From: Mytilus californianus
Lineage: Eukaryota
Assembly: GCF_021869535.1 (NCBI RefSeq)
Contig: NW_026262745.1
Coordinates: forward strand, 33,480,001 to 33,544,000
DNA length: 64,000 bases
Reading direction: 5' to 3'
The notes beneath the pieces are model-generated. The model made no database searches and was not told the DNA's origin. It was given only the letters and a program-made list of their open reading frames with translations. Below, piece after piece: positions 37,401 to 52,100 of the stretch; positions within the stretch are counted from its first letter, which is position 1, and each line of letters begins with the position of its first letter. The position numbers and the translations under genes were made by a program.

Positions 37401-40138
37401 GGGATCTCTAGAAGATTTCTGCTTATGGCTACAGACCACACAATAATGTCAGACTAGACAATGGAAATAGGTTTCATTCTACATTCCCTTATCGACGAAC
37501 TTTGTTTTTGTCACCATGTGTAGTCCCTGAATGTTTCAATATTACATATCGAACAAAGGTCTTATATTGAAATTTTATAAATCTCAGAAATTATTTCAAA
37601 TAAATTTAACAAGAATACGTTTCCCAGATCGCACTATCATATTTCCATGTTCATTGAAACTTCGAAATTTAAATCCAAGCCCTTTCTTTGCATATATTTC
37701 AAAACTTCCCAATCATGATGAACATTAAGTTTCAAGCTGATGTGACTAACCGTTAAACCAAAACTTTGACCTGATCATAGAACCTGAAATCTAAGTCAAT
37801 AACTAAATTATGCATTTTTTTAAGATGACGTGATAATGAACATGTGTACTAAGTTTCAAATTCATCGAAACCACAACTTCATGGTAATATTCATTAAATC
37901 AATTAATCATTTATCATTTATTTTGGAGATTTATAATAAGAACTCAAATGGACTTTATATTGATAAGTTATAAAATACAACCATACAATGGCATCTTCGT
38001 AATAAATTTTATTTACACATCTCAAATTATATTCGTATCAAAATGGTTTACTCCGTTAAAACTCAAAATACTGGCGCTAATGGATATACTAAAACATTTC
38101 ATCAGCTCTTGATCAGCTAAGCAATGCAAGCGAAATGCCTCCTGTTAGGGGAATGATATCTGTTGATTTAAGCAAATATAATTCCTATAACCAATTAATA
38201 TATTTTTTGCCAATGTGTAGTTCCCTTTCACTTAAAAATACTTCATTACTATATCATAATTATAAATCATGATGTTGGCATTAATCAAACGTTTGTCAAA
38301 CAATGTTAATTTCTCATAATTTCCTATGAGTAATTTTTTAAACAAATATAACTGTACAGTTCTTGCATGGAAATTATTACTGATGTGCAATAAAACTCAT
38401 TATAGATATATAAATGATTTCTGCATGAAAAGTAATGAGTAGATATCATGATAAGGAATCATATATCAGTTCCTTCTTTATGAACAATGTAGAAACATTG
38501 AAGTATTGTCAAGATATTATGTCCATGGTAGAACTAATTTTCTTGGTTATATTCACTTATTATCGAAAAAAATACGATGTGCTTTCTAAGAATTCATTTG
38601 TTTACTCTGATGTATTCTATACTCTTCACATAGACAATTGAAACAAACAAATTATCAACATATTAAAGATGATCATCAGACTACATAAATACACAGCTGG
38701 GGTTTATCAAGTACAATGATTGGTTAGCATCCTAAGATACCAATCATAACAACGAATTAAAGAACAGGGTTGCAGAATTAATGATATCAACCTTAATTGG
38801 TTAAATGAAACTTCCAGGAGACGGTAATTAAGTGTGTAAGCAAATTGCAAAAAGCAAGTTCCCCTGTATTAATACTTTATTTAATTTAAATAAACACAAA
38901 TACCAAATATAAAGTCCCAAGATTTGTATAAATGGATGCATTTTTCTAATGACCTAGAGTTCTATAAGGGCAACATTGGTTTCAGTTTGCATCACCATAA
39001 CAAATGTTAAAATAACAACATTGAAATACATTTATAGAACATGTGGAACAGGTAAGATTATTACATCATTTTTCCAACAGAGATCTATGTTAAAATATTC
39101 CTCCTGTGATTGCCATCTTGAATTTGAAATCGGCTACAACATTTCAGGATTGGTAGAGCAGCAAATAAATTTTTCTTATAAACTTCAATATGCACAGTTT
39201 TTTCCAACTAGATTTGGTCATTTAGAACCCACAATTTGACTTAGCAGCCACACTAAATTTTTTATTCAAACAAAAATCTGAATTTCTTGCGATGACCATC
39301 TAAAACAATAATCCCATGCTTCTTTTCATTATCATGTCAATTTCTAAAAGAAAATATAAGTATGTATTTTCCATAGTTACCTATGTTAAACCATAGTTCA
39401 TGATGATGGAAATCTTGGATTCCTGATCAGGATTAAAATAAAAAAATTCAGGTTGGATTCATGTAATAATAACATTAATCACACCTATATATGTAACAGT
39501 TGTAAAAAGAAGCTTAACATGTTGTCCCCATAGAGTAATATGTAAAACTATGTTCCTAGAAGACAATTGAATCACCAAGGCATTATACATGTGTTTTATC
39601 ATATTTTTGAAATGTGTCTGCAGCAGATGCTCTTATCATGTTTCTCTGTTACAGTTCTTATGTGATAGTCTTCTTGCATTTCAGATAAGAATCAAATTCA
39701 AAACAAAACTTTTAGCATGAAGAATAATTATGTATTCTTTCAAGTTATTTCCAAGAAGCACATAGCTTCCAGAATTCTATGCTTAACTCTGTGTTATGCT
39801 AGAAGTCTTCTTTGACTCACATATGTCTCAGAATACATAAATTTATTAAGGACCATTGAATCATCAGCCATGCATAATATTTTATAAAATCTGTGAAATG
39901 TTCTTATAAGAAAATCGATTTTGGAAATGTTTTTAAAATGTTTACCAACAGAAAGGTGATGAATCTTAAGTTATACTGTACATATGGGCCAGGTGAGCTA
40001 AAAAGAAATCAACACATTGTAAAAAAGAACATGGGTGTATTTAAACATGAAATGAAAGCAAATAAAAAGATGCAATTATCATGTGAATTTGGGGATTTAT
40101 GGACAAAGTATATAATATATCTTTTAAGTTGGATTGGT

Positions 40139-40371
40139 GGGGCCTCGGTTATTAAGTAGTCGAACTACTGTATCACTAGCCTGTCAACACTGAGGTTGGG
40201 AGTTCGAATCCCACATGTGGAAGGTGTGCTCAAATCCAATCTTAATAGAATAGAATTGTCAGGTTTCCAACTGAAGGTTGGTGGTTCTCTCAGGCTTCCT
40301 CCATCAATAAAAACTGACCACCACGAAATGGCACAACAGTGCTAAAAGTGGCTTTAAACACAAATCAATCA
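40139..40371 (+). mobile_element. tRNA-derived SINE (MetaSINE-like)
   Basis: ggggcctcgg 5' end, B-box gttcgaatcc at about 40202, core ggtggttctct..ggcttcctcca, tail aatcaatcaa. Confidence 0.75.
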
Positions 40372-43300
40372 AGTTGGATGGATAAAAAGAACAATAATAT
40401 TTAACTTTTATTAACAATGAAAATGAAAAAAACAATCCTCTAATAATGAACAAAATGACAACATAAAAAGTTTAATATCAGAAGTTCCTTCAGATTCATG
40501 CATAAATATCATGTATACTCAAAGATTGTACCATCTCTTGATGTCTGGTTTTACAAGATACCTGGATTTTTAAAAAGATTGTACAATAATATTGACAAAT
40601 GCATAACAATGTATCTGTGTTTTGATGTGATTGTTAAAATAAATGGGATTAAACATGGCATCAATTTGAAAGTTATACATCTACTCCTTTAAAGGATCTC
40701 CAAAATATATCCATCTTAAAAGTTCTAGCCAACAGAACAGAAATGAATATTACCTTCAAAATAAGTATAATAGTATGTTTAAATAACTATAGAAAAATAT
40801 ATTCCACCAACTGTATAATGCATAAAATTATGATAATGAAAATTTTATATACATGCATGAATATACTTGAAAAATATTACTGTAAACAATTTAATATAAT
40901 AATCTTAAAATCAAATGCCAATCTCAAGTGATCATGTATAAATAAGGTATAGATGACGAAGGATAAAGAAAGAAATATGTAGTCTGCCAAAAAAGATGTC
41001 TTAACATTCAAATGCACAACTATAATGTGTATACAATGTACAACAAATTGCAAAATATTTCAATGGGCTATATATTGACAATTAAGTGTGCATATTTCAC
41101 AGTTTTTCCAGATGTATCAGGACATAGCAACTAGTAAACAAAAACATTCTGTTCTGACCTTTGTAGATCTTTTCAGATTGTGTGCGAGTGCGAGAACTGC
41201 ATCAAATATTTCAAAAATCACAAAAATCGAACTTTAAAAAAAAATTATTACCAGAGAACCTGACATTAACAATCACAAAATCAACAGTTATCCAACTAGT
41301 ACAAACTTTTGTTTGCCCATGGCATAAAAAAAAAACTAAGAAATTTGTTCTGAAAATTAGTTATATGTTGTTCCTTTAAATGTACTATCATGGAAAAAAT
41401 CCTTCATCATCTGTTATTACATATGTCAATTAGGCAAAATTAAGGACTTTTGGATGTAATTTACTAATCAATGTCTCTGATCTAACATAAATCATTTGTT
41501 ATCTCTTCTACCCTATAAAATACATATATTGTAGCTTAAAAAGGACAATGAAACAGGTACATAAATATGATTGTCTCTCTTATTCAAGAGGTAAAATGCT
41601 TTAAAATAATACAATCACAAAATGAGATAGAAAAAAACATAAGACAAAATATTGTCATACTAAACAGATATAAATCTTCTAGTTGACTTGGGTTTGTTAA
41701 TTATCATCGGTCTGAAGTCACTCAAATATTTATTTATTAATTTGTGGCTTAAGGAACCAAAAGTTTACCATCTTTAAGATTCAGGTAGTCTTTTTTTAAA
41801 TGTCAATAATATGTAAATAATTCATGCCGTTCTCACCTATTCATAAATAAAAACTGTCTTTGTTGTTGGTTAAGAAATTAATGAAGATGTAATCTGTTTC
41901 TATGTCAACATGGTAACTTATATCCAAACATTTATTTCAATATGTGTAAAAGGTTTAAATTAATACTAAAACTTGAAAAATAAATACAAAATAAAAATGA
42001 GGTAATGACATGGTTTCATCCTGTTTTTTCTAAAATAAAATGAACAAAGAAATTAATTAAATACATCATAAATTAAAAAGAGTATTTCATGTGAAAACTA
42101 TTTATGAAAACAGAGAAATAAAATAAGAATTATCATGCTTCAACAAAGTAAAATATATAGCGTGTGTTGCGTTCTCTTAATTTAGCTTTATCACTCAAAG
42201 TGAAAAGTTTGAGGAGCAAAGAAGAATAAACACATGGAGAACTATAAAACAAAATGGATCTAAAAGAACAAACAATTTCAAAAGTCTGCATGCATCAAAT
42301 TTGTATTGCATGAAACTCTGAAATTCTACATTAAAGATGTATGCTTGAAAAAACTAGTTTGCACTAATATGATGAACAGTATAACTTATATTACAATATA
42401 TCTTAGACAAAAACCAACAATTTTTCTGTTAAAATGTGTTTTTAGTTTTCAGTTAAATAATATTTCTTCGGGAAAGAAATGGTTTGAAAAGATAATTCCA
42501 GCATAAGGGTTGATTATGTGAGGTGGAATGAAACTTCATATTTAATGAAGATAATGAAAAGAAAACTAACCTAACATTAACTGAAAATGATAACAATAGC
42601 GATCTGTCAGATGCTTATATTTATTTCATTAAGAGCAGAGAGAACTGCAGTGACATTTAACTGTAGTGTATATAAAAAATCATGCACTTTGTACATTTTT
42701 ATTTGTATGAAATATCACAAGTATAATTAATATTATGTCATAAATAAATTACAGTATTTTTTATAATAAATTTTGTCGCATGTTTGTCATAATATCACAA
42801 ATGTCATGCACTTAACAGGTTTTCCACATTTTACTTACAGGGATTTGACACGCACACACTTGATTCACCTTGGTATATAAAACAAAGATTTGTTATCTAC
42901 GCTCCGTATCAGCTTATGTAATGATTGCATAATGTATGAACATTTATCAAGGTTGGGTTTTCAGAATCTGGTTGAACTAAAGTAAAGAATAAATCAGTTG
43001 CTAGCAATTCGATAAAAATTTTACTGCATATATATAACTATAAATATCTATGAGCAAAGTGAGCTATAACTGCATACTGTGTATATGTAACTAAAACGTT
43101 TACAACTAAATACTTAACACTACTACCAATAAAAAAGATGACACCATCTGAAAAATTATATGTGAAATAAAATATAACTAGATCTAGATAAAAATTTGAA
43201 GCTTTTCTATTCCAATTTATGTAGTTTTTGAGAAAAATTAAAATGAGTAGAAATGACTGAATGAAACAATTGTCTTTCCTTGTTTGCTCTTTGTTCTTAC

Positions 43301-43885
43301 TCCTAAATGCTGAGTGCTTTACACAGAAGCAGTAAATACCAATTTTTTAAGTCAAACTAAGGAAAAAATACTACCATGAAACCAGCGATGTTTTACTGTT
43401 ATAAGCTATAAGAGATGGAAGAATTTGAGTCAATCATTTACTGTATATCATTTCTTCTTTTCTGTATCAATATCGTTTAGTTAATGAAAAGAAAATAAAC
43501 TTGCATATTATTTTTTATGGCAGAATTTTAACAATGAGCAATAAAAGATATTTAACATTTCATCCAACTGGATATTAATTAAAGTCTAGTTTAAATTGCA
43601 TCAAATCAAATTTAATTTTTTGAACCAAGATAAATGAATGTAAAATACTCCATATTTTACAAACATGACAATTTATGCATAAATAGCTGTGAATCTTGAA
43701 AAGATTGCATAAAAAAACTAAGAAGCATCTTTTCACAGTATATCAGTGAAATCACCGAGATTTTTTATACTGAAATGTATCACTAAATTGAAATCATACA
43801 ACTGATTTAATATCAATACAAAATAAGTGTTTCAGTTATAATTGAAAAACAATAAAATGACATTACTACCCCTCCCCCTAGTAAT

Positions 43886-44835
43886 AAACTGCTTCGCTGA
43901 GCGCAGTTAGATACGCCCGCAGAGGTCCAACCCTGAACAGTTGGGGCAAAAATGGACACAATATTCAAGCTTGATTCAGGTCTGAATTTGGATTGTAATT
44001 AAATATTTGACATATTATAGGTTTCTGAATAAATGTAGTCAAAGATCTTGAAATTGGTTATATGAATTGAATGTATATTCAATTAAAGATTTCTTGCTGT
44101 TGTGCAATACTTGGTAAATCTGTTGTCAGACTATAAACAAATAAAGTTCAATTAACTCTCAATGTCATATTAGAAATTTATGAAAATAAAAGGGAGCTTA
44201 CATCAAAGATATAAACAATTCACCAAAGTTTCATGAGAATTGGTGACAGCATTTTTGAGTTATTGTCCGAAAACTGGAAAATCACCCCTTTTTTTAATGA
44301 ATAAAACCCCATAACTCAGAAACGTAAAATGTAAAATTTATAAAATTCTGAAGGGAGCTTACATCAATACATACAAACAATTCACCAAAGTTTCATAAGA
44401 ATTGCTAAAAGCATTTTTGAGTTTTTGTCCGAAAACTGGAAAATCCCCCCTTTTTTTATGAATAAAACCCTGTAACTCGGAAACGTAAAACCTTAAATTT
44501 ATAAAAATTGAAAGGGAGCTCATGTCAATAGATATAAACAATTCACCACAATTTCTTGCAAGTTGGTAAAAGCATTCTTGACTTATTGTCCGAAAACTGG
44601 AAAATCCCCCTTTTTTTAATGAATAAAACCCCATAACTCGGAAACGTAAAATCTAAATTTTATATATAACGAAAGGGAGCTCACGTCAATAGATATAAAC
44701 AATTCACCAAAGTTTTATGCAAATTGGTTTAAGCATTTTTGAGTTAATGTCCGACATGTTGACGACGGACGGACAAACGGACGGACAGACAGACAACGGT
44801 ATACCATAATACGTCCCGTAAACGGGCGTATATAA
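43886..44835 (+). mobile_element. HINE-like element carrying a 161-bp tandem satellite array
   Basis: Units anchored at agggagc 44191, 44352, 44513 and 44674, then a (gacg)n microsatellite and a 3' hairpin cgtcccgt-aa-acgggcg. A close copy lies at 47297-48265. Confidence 0.8.
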
Positions 44836-46159
44836 ATGGTTTAATTCTTGAAGAAAAGAAAGATTTTGTTCTGTGAAATAAACACAAAACGAATGGTTTT
44901 CAAATGTATAAAGGGTAATAATGTAAATATATAAATAAACTAAGATTAATTCATAAAATTTAAAATAAAATCAACAAATGCATCCATAACACATAGTAAA
45001 CTTATATCATAACACACAAAACACTAACATAACAATACAGTAAGTAAAGATATGCCACTTTTCAACACTATTTCTGCCATTCAAATTGATCTTTAGAAGT
45101 AAATGAACAATGTGATAATTTCACAATTCTATACTCATTCATAACATCATAGATAGAATTAAAAGCATACTTAATTGATAAAATGCAATGCATAAAAAGC
45201 ATGGTTGCAGTATGTAATACATCACAATTCTCTTACACCTCCCCTTTTCATGAAACATGTTCATAAATCTAGTTTCAAACCATTATCTGATAAAGGTCTT
45301 AGTAACCAGTTCACATTTAAAATAAACTGACCATGAAAAGTTGAAGATGTTATTTAGTAAAATTAGTGATATCTAATTTATGATTTTAATCCTTTTTCTG
45401 TAGATGTTTCATATTATCCAATTTATGTTTTTTTCATTCTTTTTCTATAAATGTTTCAGAAGATACAGCCAAAGACTCACAAAAAGAATTTATGTAATAA
45501 ATTTTTCAAACATTTCTAGTGAAAACCAGATAATATTGAACAAATTATTTTCATATTCATAATAGTACTTTGGCATATATTTTTAAAAGTTTTGGAGTGA
45601 TTGAAGAAAGCAAGAGAGAGAGAAAGGGGAATGAAATGGGAATACAGAGAAAAGGGGAAAACTAGTGACCTCCCCCCATTTAATCCAGTAAAAAATGTTC
45701 ACAAATATATAACTGAGTACTAATATCTATAACATTATAAAGTCATTGAATACAATAATTTACAGGAAACTTTGATGTAGGAAACTAAGAAATTATAGTC
45801 CAGTGTAAATTATATTTCAAAATGTTATTTCTATTTTAAATAATAAAAGTGTATCAAGAATTATTAAAATGCCATCTGCATATGTCTATGGTTAAAGGTT
45901 TTTTTCCTGTCATATGTAAAAATATAAATATCAATAAAAGTATTATATGTTGAAAGTATTGTTATTTTCCTATCTCAAAATGAATATTATTTAACAATCA
46001 GTATTTTCTACCAGCTGTTACTAGCCATTTATTTACTATTCATATTACAAAATCTCATCTTAATAACAATATCTTGCATGTTAATATCAGTACAACTGAA
46101 CCTTACCCTAGATGACTTGAGCATCTACAATAAATTACCCATACAACATGTTTTTATCA

Positions 46160-49100
46160 TCAGTGACCATTTTGTTGTACACTTTTAACTTCATCTTCTG
46201 GTAGACTATTTGCTTCCTCTTCTAAAGCTAAAATCTGATCATAACTCATCTGTTCACAGCTACCACCTCGCCGTAACTTGATCAGAGCACATATTTTCTC
46301 CCAGTGTCTATGATTTTCTTTGACAGTATTATGTACAACTTTAGCTTCCACAAATAAATCTTGTAATACTCTGGAATTCAAATGAAATTATATTTTCATT
46401 CAACATTTTGCAAGAGTGTTGAGCCAATATTTTAGACAGTCAATTTTAAATAGTAATTAGTTAAAAATCAAAATTATTGATATAATATTTGAAATAGCTC
46501 TCGCCGCGATATAGCCTTTTAGTGCTGATGCAGAGTAAAGTAACCACCAATCAATTGAATAGTAATAAAAAATGTTTAAAATTATCAATATAAAAGAACA
46601 GACTTCCAATGTCCCCCACATTGCTAATATTTCATCTATCCAAGGGCAATAACTAAGAAATCTTTTTTTTTTGTTATTTAAAACTTTCAACATATATCTT
46701 AGAGAAATGAAGCATTGATAGTAAATACTATGCAATTATCAATATATTCAATATTTCCAATGGCATAACTCCTTTAAAAATATTTGATCTTGTCCGAGAC
46801 ATTGCTTATATAAACCTTTGATATAAATTTGATAAAAATCTGGCAAGAACTGTACACATGAGAGCACCAACAATGAAATTTCCCATATAATTAATATTTC
46901 CAAGGGGCATAACTCTTTTAAAAATTGTTGATCTGCACTGATTTTCTAACTTGTCCAAGACATTGCTGATATAAGTTTTATAAAAATCTGGCAAGAATTG
47001 TACATGTGAGAGCACTAAAAAGACCGAACAGAGTCCCTGTATTTCTATGTCCCCACGCAACGCTTTGCACAGGGGACAAAAATGTAAAAACCATGCATAT
47101 ATATCAAATTCATCATTAAATAAATGGGGAATGTGTGCCCCCGCTTGCATATTATGTTATAAAGGAACATAACTCAAGAACTGTAAAAGTGACGCTTCCC
47201 AAATTTGTACTTGATCTGTGTTTTGTGGTAATAAGCATTGTGTATAAGTTTCATAACATTTGGTTGAGGCAAACACAAGTTAGAGAATGGAATAAAATAA
47301 ACTGCTTCGCTGAGCGCAGCTGGATACGCCCGCAGAGGTCCAACCCTGAACAGTTGGGGCAAAAATGGACACAATATTCAAGCTTAATACAGGTCTGAAT
47401 TTAGATTGTAATTAAATATTTGACATATTACAGGTTTCTGAATAAATGTAGTCAAAGAACTTGAAATTGGTTATATGAATTGAATTTATATTCAATTAAA
47501 GATTTCTTGCTGTTGTGCAATACACTGTGCTGTTGCGCAATACTTAGTAAATCTGTTGTCAGACTATAAACAAATAAAGTTCAATCAATTCTCAATGTCA
47601 TATTAGAAATTTATGAAAATCAAAAGGGAGTTTACATCAATAGATATAAACAATTCACCAAAGTTTCATGAGAATTGGTGACAGCATTTTTGAGTTATTG
47701 TCCTAAAACTGGAAAATCCCCCCTTTTTTAATGAATAAAACCCCATAACTCAGAAATGTAAAATGTAAAATTTATAAAATTCTAAAGGGAGCTTACTTAA
47801 ATAGATATAAACAATTCACCATAATTTCATAAGAACTGCTGAAAGCATTTTCGAGTTTTTGTCCGAAAACTGGAAAATCCCCCTTTTATATGAATAAAAC
47901 CCTGTAACTCGGAAACGTAAAATCTAAAATTTATAAAAATCGAAATGGAGCTTATGTCAATAGATATAAACAATTCACCACAATTTCTTGCAAGTTGGTG
48001 AAAGCATTCTTGACTAATTGTCCGAAAACTGGAAAATCCCCCTTTTTTTAATGAATAAAACCCCATAACTCAGAAACGTCAAATTTAAAATTTATAAAAA
48101 ACAAAAGGGAGCTCACGTCAATAGATATAAACAATTCACCAAAGTTTTATGCAAATTGGTTAAAGCGTTATGAGTTAATGTCCGACATGTTGACGACGGA
48201 CAGACGGACGGACGGACAGATGGAAAACGGTATACCATAACACGTCCGGTAAACGGGTGTATAAAAATTCAACAATTTTTCCATTTGTAAAGGGCATAAC
48301 TCTAGAACGGTAAAAGTGACGCCACCAAAATTCAAACCTGATCTGTGTTTTGTGGTAATAAGCATTGTGTATAAGTTTCATAACATTTGGTTGAGGCAAA
48401 CTAAAGTTAGAGAACGGAAACAAAAAATTCAGCAATTTTTCCATTTGTAAAGGGGCATAACTCTAGAACTGTAAAAGTGACACCACCAAAATTCAAACTT
48501 GATCTGTGTTTTGTGGTAATAAGCATTGGGTATAAGTTTCATAACATTTGGTTGAGGCAAACTAAAGTTAGAGAACGGAAACCAATTTTGGGACGTACCG
48601 ATGGACAAGGGTAAAACTTAATGCCCCCTCTGCTATGGCGGGGGCATAAAAAATCATGAATGTCATATATGAAAAAGGTAGAGTTCTTACAACTTAGGAA
48701 ATTTACAGAATTGTGACCAGGATCTTTTTTACTTACCTATAAACAGGCAATGCTATATGATCTAGAAAACCAATTTGTAAATCTGGTATCCTAGCCTTTT
48801 CCCTATCCATCATCTCAGGAGGTGTTCTACCTAATGATTTCTCTAAATCTCCTTGAGAGAAAAATTCATTGTAGATTAAAGCCTACAAAACAGATAAATA
48901 CTTCATTATGAATTCAATACTTCAAATACAAATGCTATAAAAAATTGATTTGAAAAGCTAAGTTAAATTTTTAAACACTGGCATAAATTAAAACTGAAAC
49001 TATGAAAATTCTAAAAAGGGTACATTTAGGGTAATGTAATTTCATAAAAATATAAAGGCATGGGTTAAAACTTTAAGAAAATGTATCAAATATAATCTTA

Positions 49101-52100
49101 GGATAACAGCACATTTTAGAAACATTTTTTCACTAAATAAACATAGAGCATGTGTTGCTAAAAAACATTTGGCAAGCAAAATGATAAACACAAACAACTC
49201 TTCCTGTGTGAATATAACTGTATGTGGGGTTGTGCTCTTTATCATATCTCAACATTTATCACAAGTCAGTCAAGACTTTTTGCAATTTTGCCATTTAACT
49301 GAATTTATTGTCATTGCATAGCAATATAACTCATGAAAAGGGAAATAGTTTCACCTTCTGTCATGGCATGTAATAGCTGACTATAGGGTATAGGGTTTGC
49401 TCATTGCAGAAGGCAATCAAATTCATTTGGACTCTGCTGGATAGTTGTCTCATATCTCCTCATTTTATAAAAAAGAAAAACAGTGTCTTATCTAAGTAAA
49501 TATATTCAATGTTTAATTCTGCAAACTGGAGAAACTTTGAAAAACTTTTGATTTTAGGGTCATTGAACCTAAAATATATCTCCTCAACTCCTACATGGTT
49601 CTTGACAATTTATATTCAAATAAAATTGCAACATCATTGCCAAATTTCCCCTGTCCAATATACATTGTAATTGTTTTACACATAAACTGCAGAACAATAT
49701 CTACACACATACATTATTATCCAGTTTGAAGCTTTTGTAATTATTTCCTTAATTGTTGCAACTTCCATGGAAATGTAGCCATTTCTAAATGTGTTTTAAT
49801 GCTATTCACCTGAAATATTAGTATAATGTCAAGATTTCAGGAACTAAGAAACATATATGAAACTTTTCGTTTCTTGTTGTACAGCAGATGTTATTCTAAA
49901 CCACTTGTTAAGTAATGACTTACAGCGATATGTTTCGTTGAATCCCATGGCTTTGTTTGGTCAGAGAGATCTGATGCAGTCATTATTAAACATAACAATA
50001 GTTTTCTATGCTTAAGATTGGATTTTTCAAATTTATCTGTAATAAAAATGAATAATAAGATAATGAATCTATATTTATTTGCATTTCTATTTTGTATTAC
50101 AGTAACTGATAATTCACTAAAACAAGACTAAGATGATGCCCCACCCTATGCAAAAATATAGTTCTGCAGCATTAGACTTAGCCAACAGTGATGTTGAAAT
50201 AAAACTTAAAATGGTTGTTTTACTCTGTAAGGCACATTTGATAGCCCCATCATAGTTGTGATTTGGTTTATAAAGTTGGAAAATTAAGTTGTGTTGTTTA
50301 AACAGGAGGTAAAAAAAAGGTGAATGGTAATAATACAATTTGTACATAGTAAGTGCAATAAGGTCTCTGAAACTATAGAATGTTGCTTTGACTATATGCT
50401 TGAATATCTTAAAAATTATGTAATTGACTCATTGATGACTCTTTTGCTTTGTGTACCCTCTTATAATAACACCAGCTTTTTGAAGTGCAGGTAAGTGGTT
50501 TATAGTGATAGTCCTTTGATTTGTTTAATTTTTTTTTGTCATGAATACACCAGTGTATATCAATGTTCTCTTGTTTTTAACATGAATTGTTTCATTGTAT
50601 TTTGTTGGATCATACTGGTTTTTGTATGAACCAGAGTTATTAGTTGAAATTAACTCACTCATTAAAATTTGCATACTAAAATTCTTACTTTATGCTTAAA
50701 GAATTTTTTGTCTAGGCACTGGCTAATAATTTTTTATTCTTATACTTGTCCATGGCATTTAAAAATTCTTTTTATTGGGTTGAGGGTTACTTGAGGTTAA
50801 ATTTTTGTGTCAGTCCTTAAAACAATCAAGAAAATATGTTCATACAAGAAATCAGGGCAGGCACAAGTCTTTAAATAATTATAATTATTTTTTAGCAAAC
50901 TGTTTAAATTATAACTTGTGTCTATTATATTGTAAGGGCTATTTCAGAACTAAACACACAAGGGCATGTGAAGCACTTTTTTAAGATCCGACCATCCTTG
51001 GATATAAAAATTTTCATTTTTAGTTATAATTCTTAATACAAAATTCTAAGGAAAATGCGACCACCTATATTCAATTAATTTGAGCGCCTCCCATCCCCAT
51101 ACCATAAAATATTGGAACAGCCCTAACATCAGATCAAGGGTGAATCTTCAAACTTTTAGGGCAATTTTACTTCACTTTTAAGATGCTGAGAGAACAAAGT
51201 TCAAGCAGGTCTGTCACTGAAGTCACTCACTATCATGTGCCCTGATTATTACCTTTTGCCATAGCTTCAATATTCTTTAGAATCTTTAAATGATGAGCCA
51301 AATCAGTTGCTAAAATAATATCTCTCATCAAGTCTAAAACATGTTGATAATCCTAAAATAAAAGGACTATTATCAAACACTTTTCAACTCATGAATAAAT
51401 TCGGTGTACATTTGTAAAATAAACCATTTTTTTATTTCAGAGAATAGAGTGAGTGGTGTAAAAATTTTTTTTTTCAGTTTCTGCAAACTATTTTTTTTTT
51501 CACAATTCAATTTAGATTGGCTGTTGCAATAAGTCTAGTTTTTGACTCCTGAACCATGCAAATGGGTCATACCATACTTTGTTGGATAGTATTGAGTCAA
51601 ATACATAGTCTTATTTTAAAATAAGAATCTTCTTATTTGGTATGTTTTGTTTATTTTCATACTGAGACTAATGATGTTATTTGTTTATTCTGTCTTTAAA
51701 ATACACTTACCTTGCTTATTAAATTTTCATATATATTGCATCCTTCAGTATTTACTATACACATAGTTTGAGCAAAATGATGTCTCTGAAATAGATACAA
51801 AAAATATCAACTAACATATTCATTCTGCATCTCTTGAAAACATTTATGCCATAACATGTGTATAAGATACACCAATAAAGGCATTAGCTTGATTGGGTGT
51901 ATCTAATTTACACCAAGATAGTATGGTTAATGCAAATTGGTAGATTTCAGTAATTTAGGAGGGGTTGTGTTCAACAACTGTGTAAAATATCCTACACATT
52001 GACAGACAGATGAAAGACAAACAGAAAGACAGAGGAAGGACATGCAGATTCCTATACACTCCACCAAATTTGTGTTTCTAGTTGGGAGTAAAACATACAA

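Noticed and set aside
40139-40230. tRNA-like sequence with a B-box
   Set aside because: No complete cloverleaf, and it continues into a SINE body and tail.
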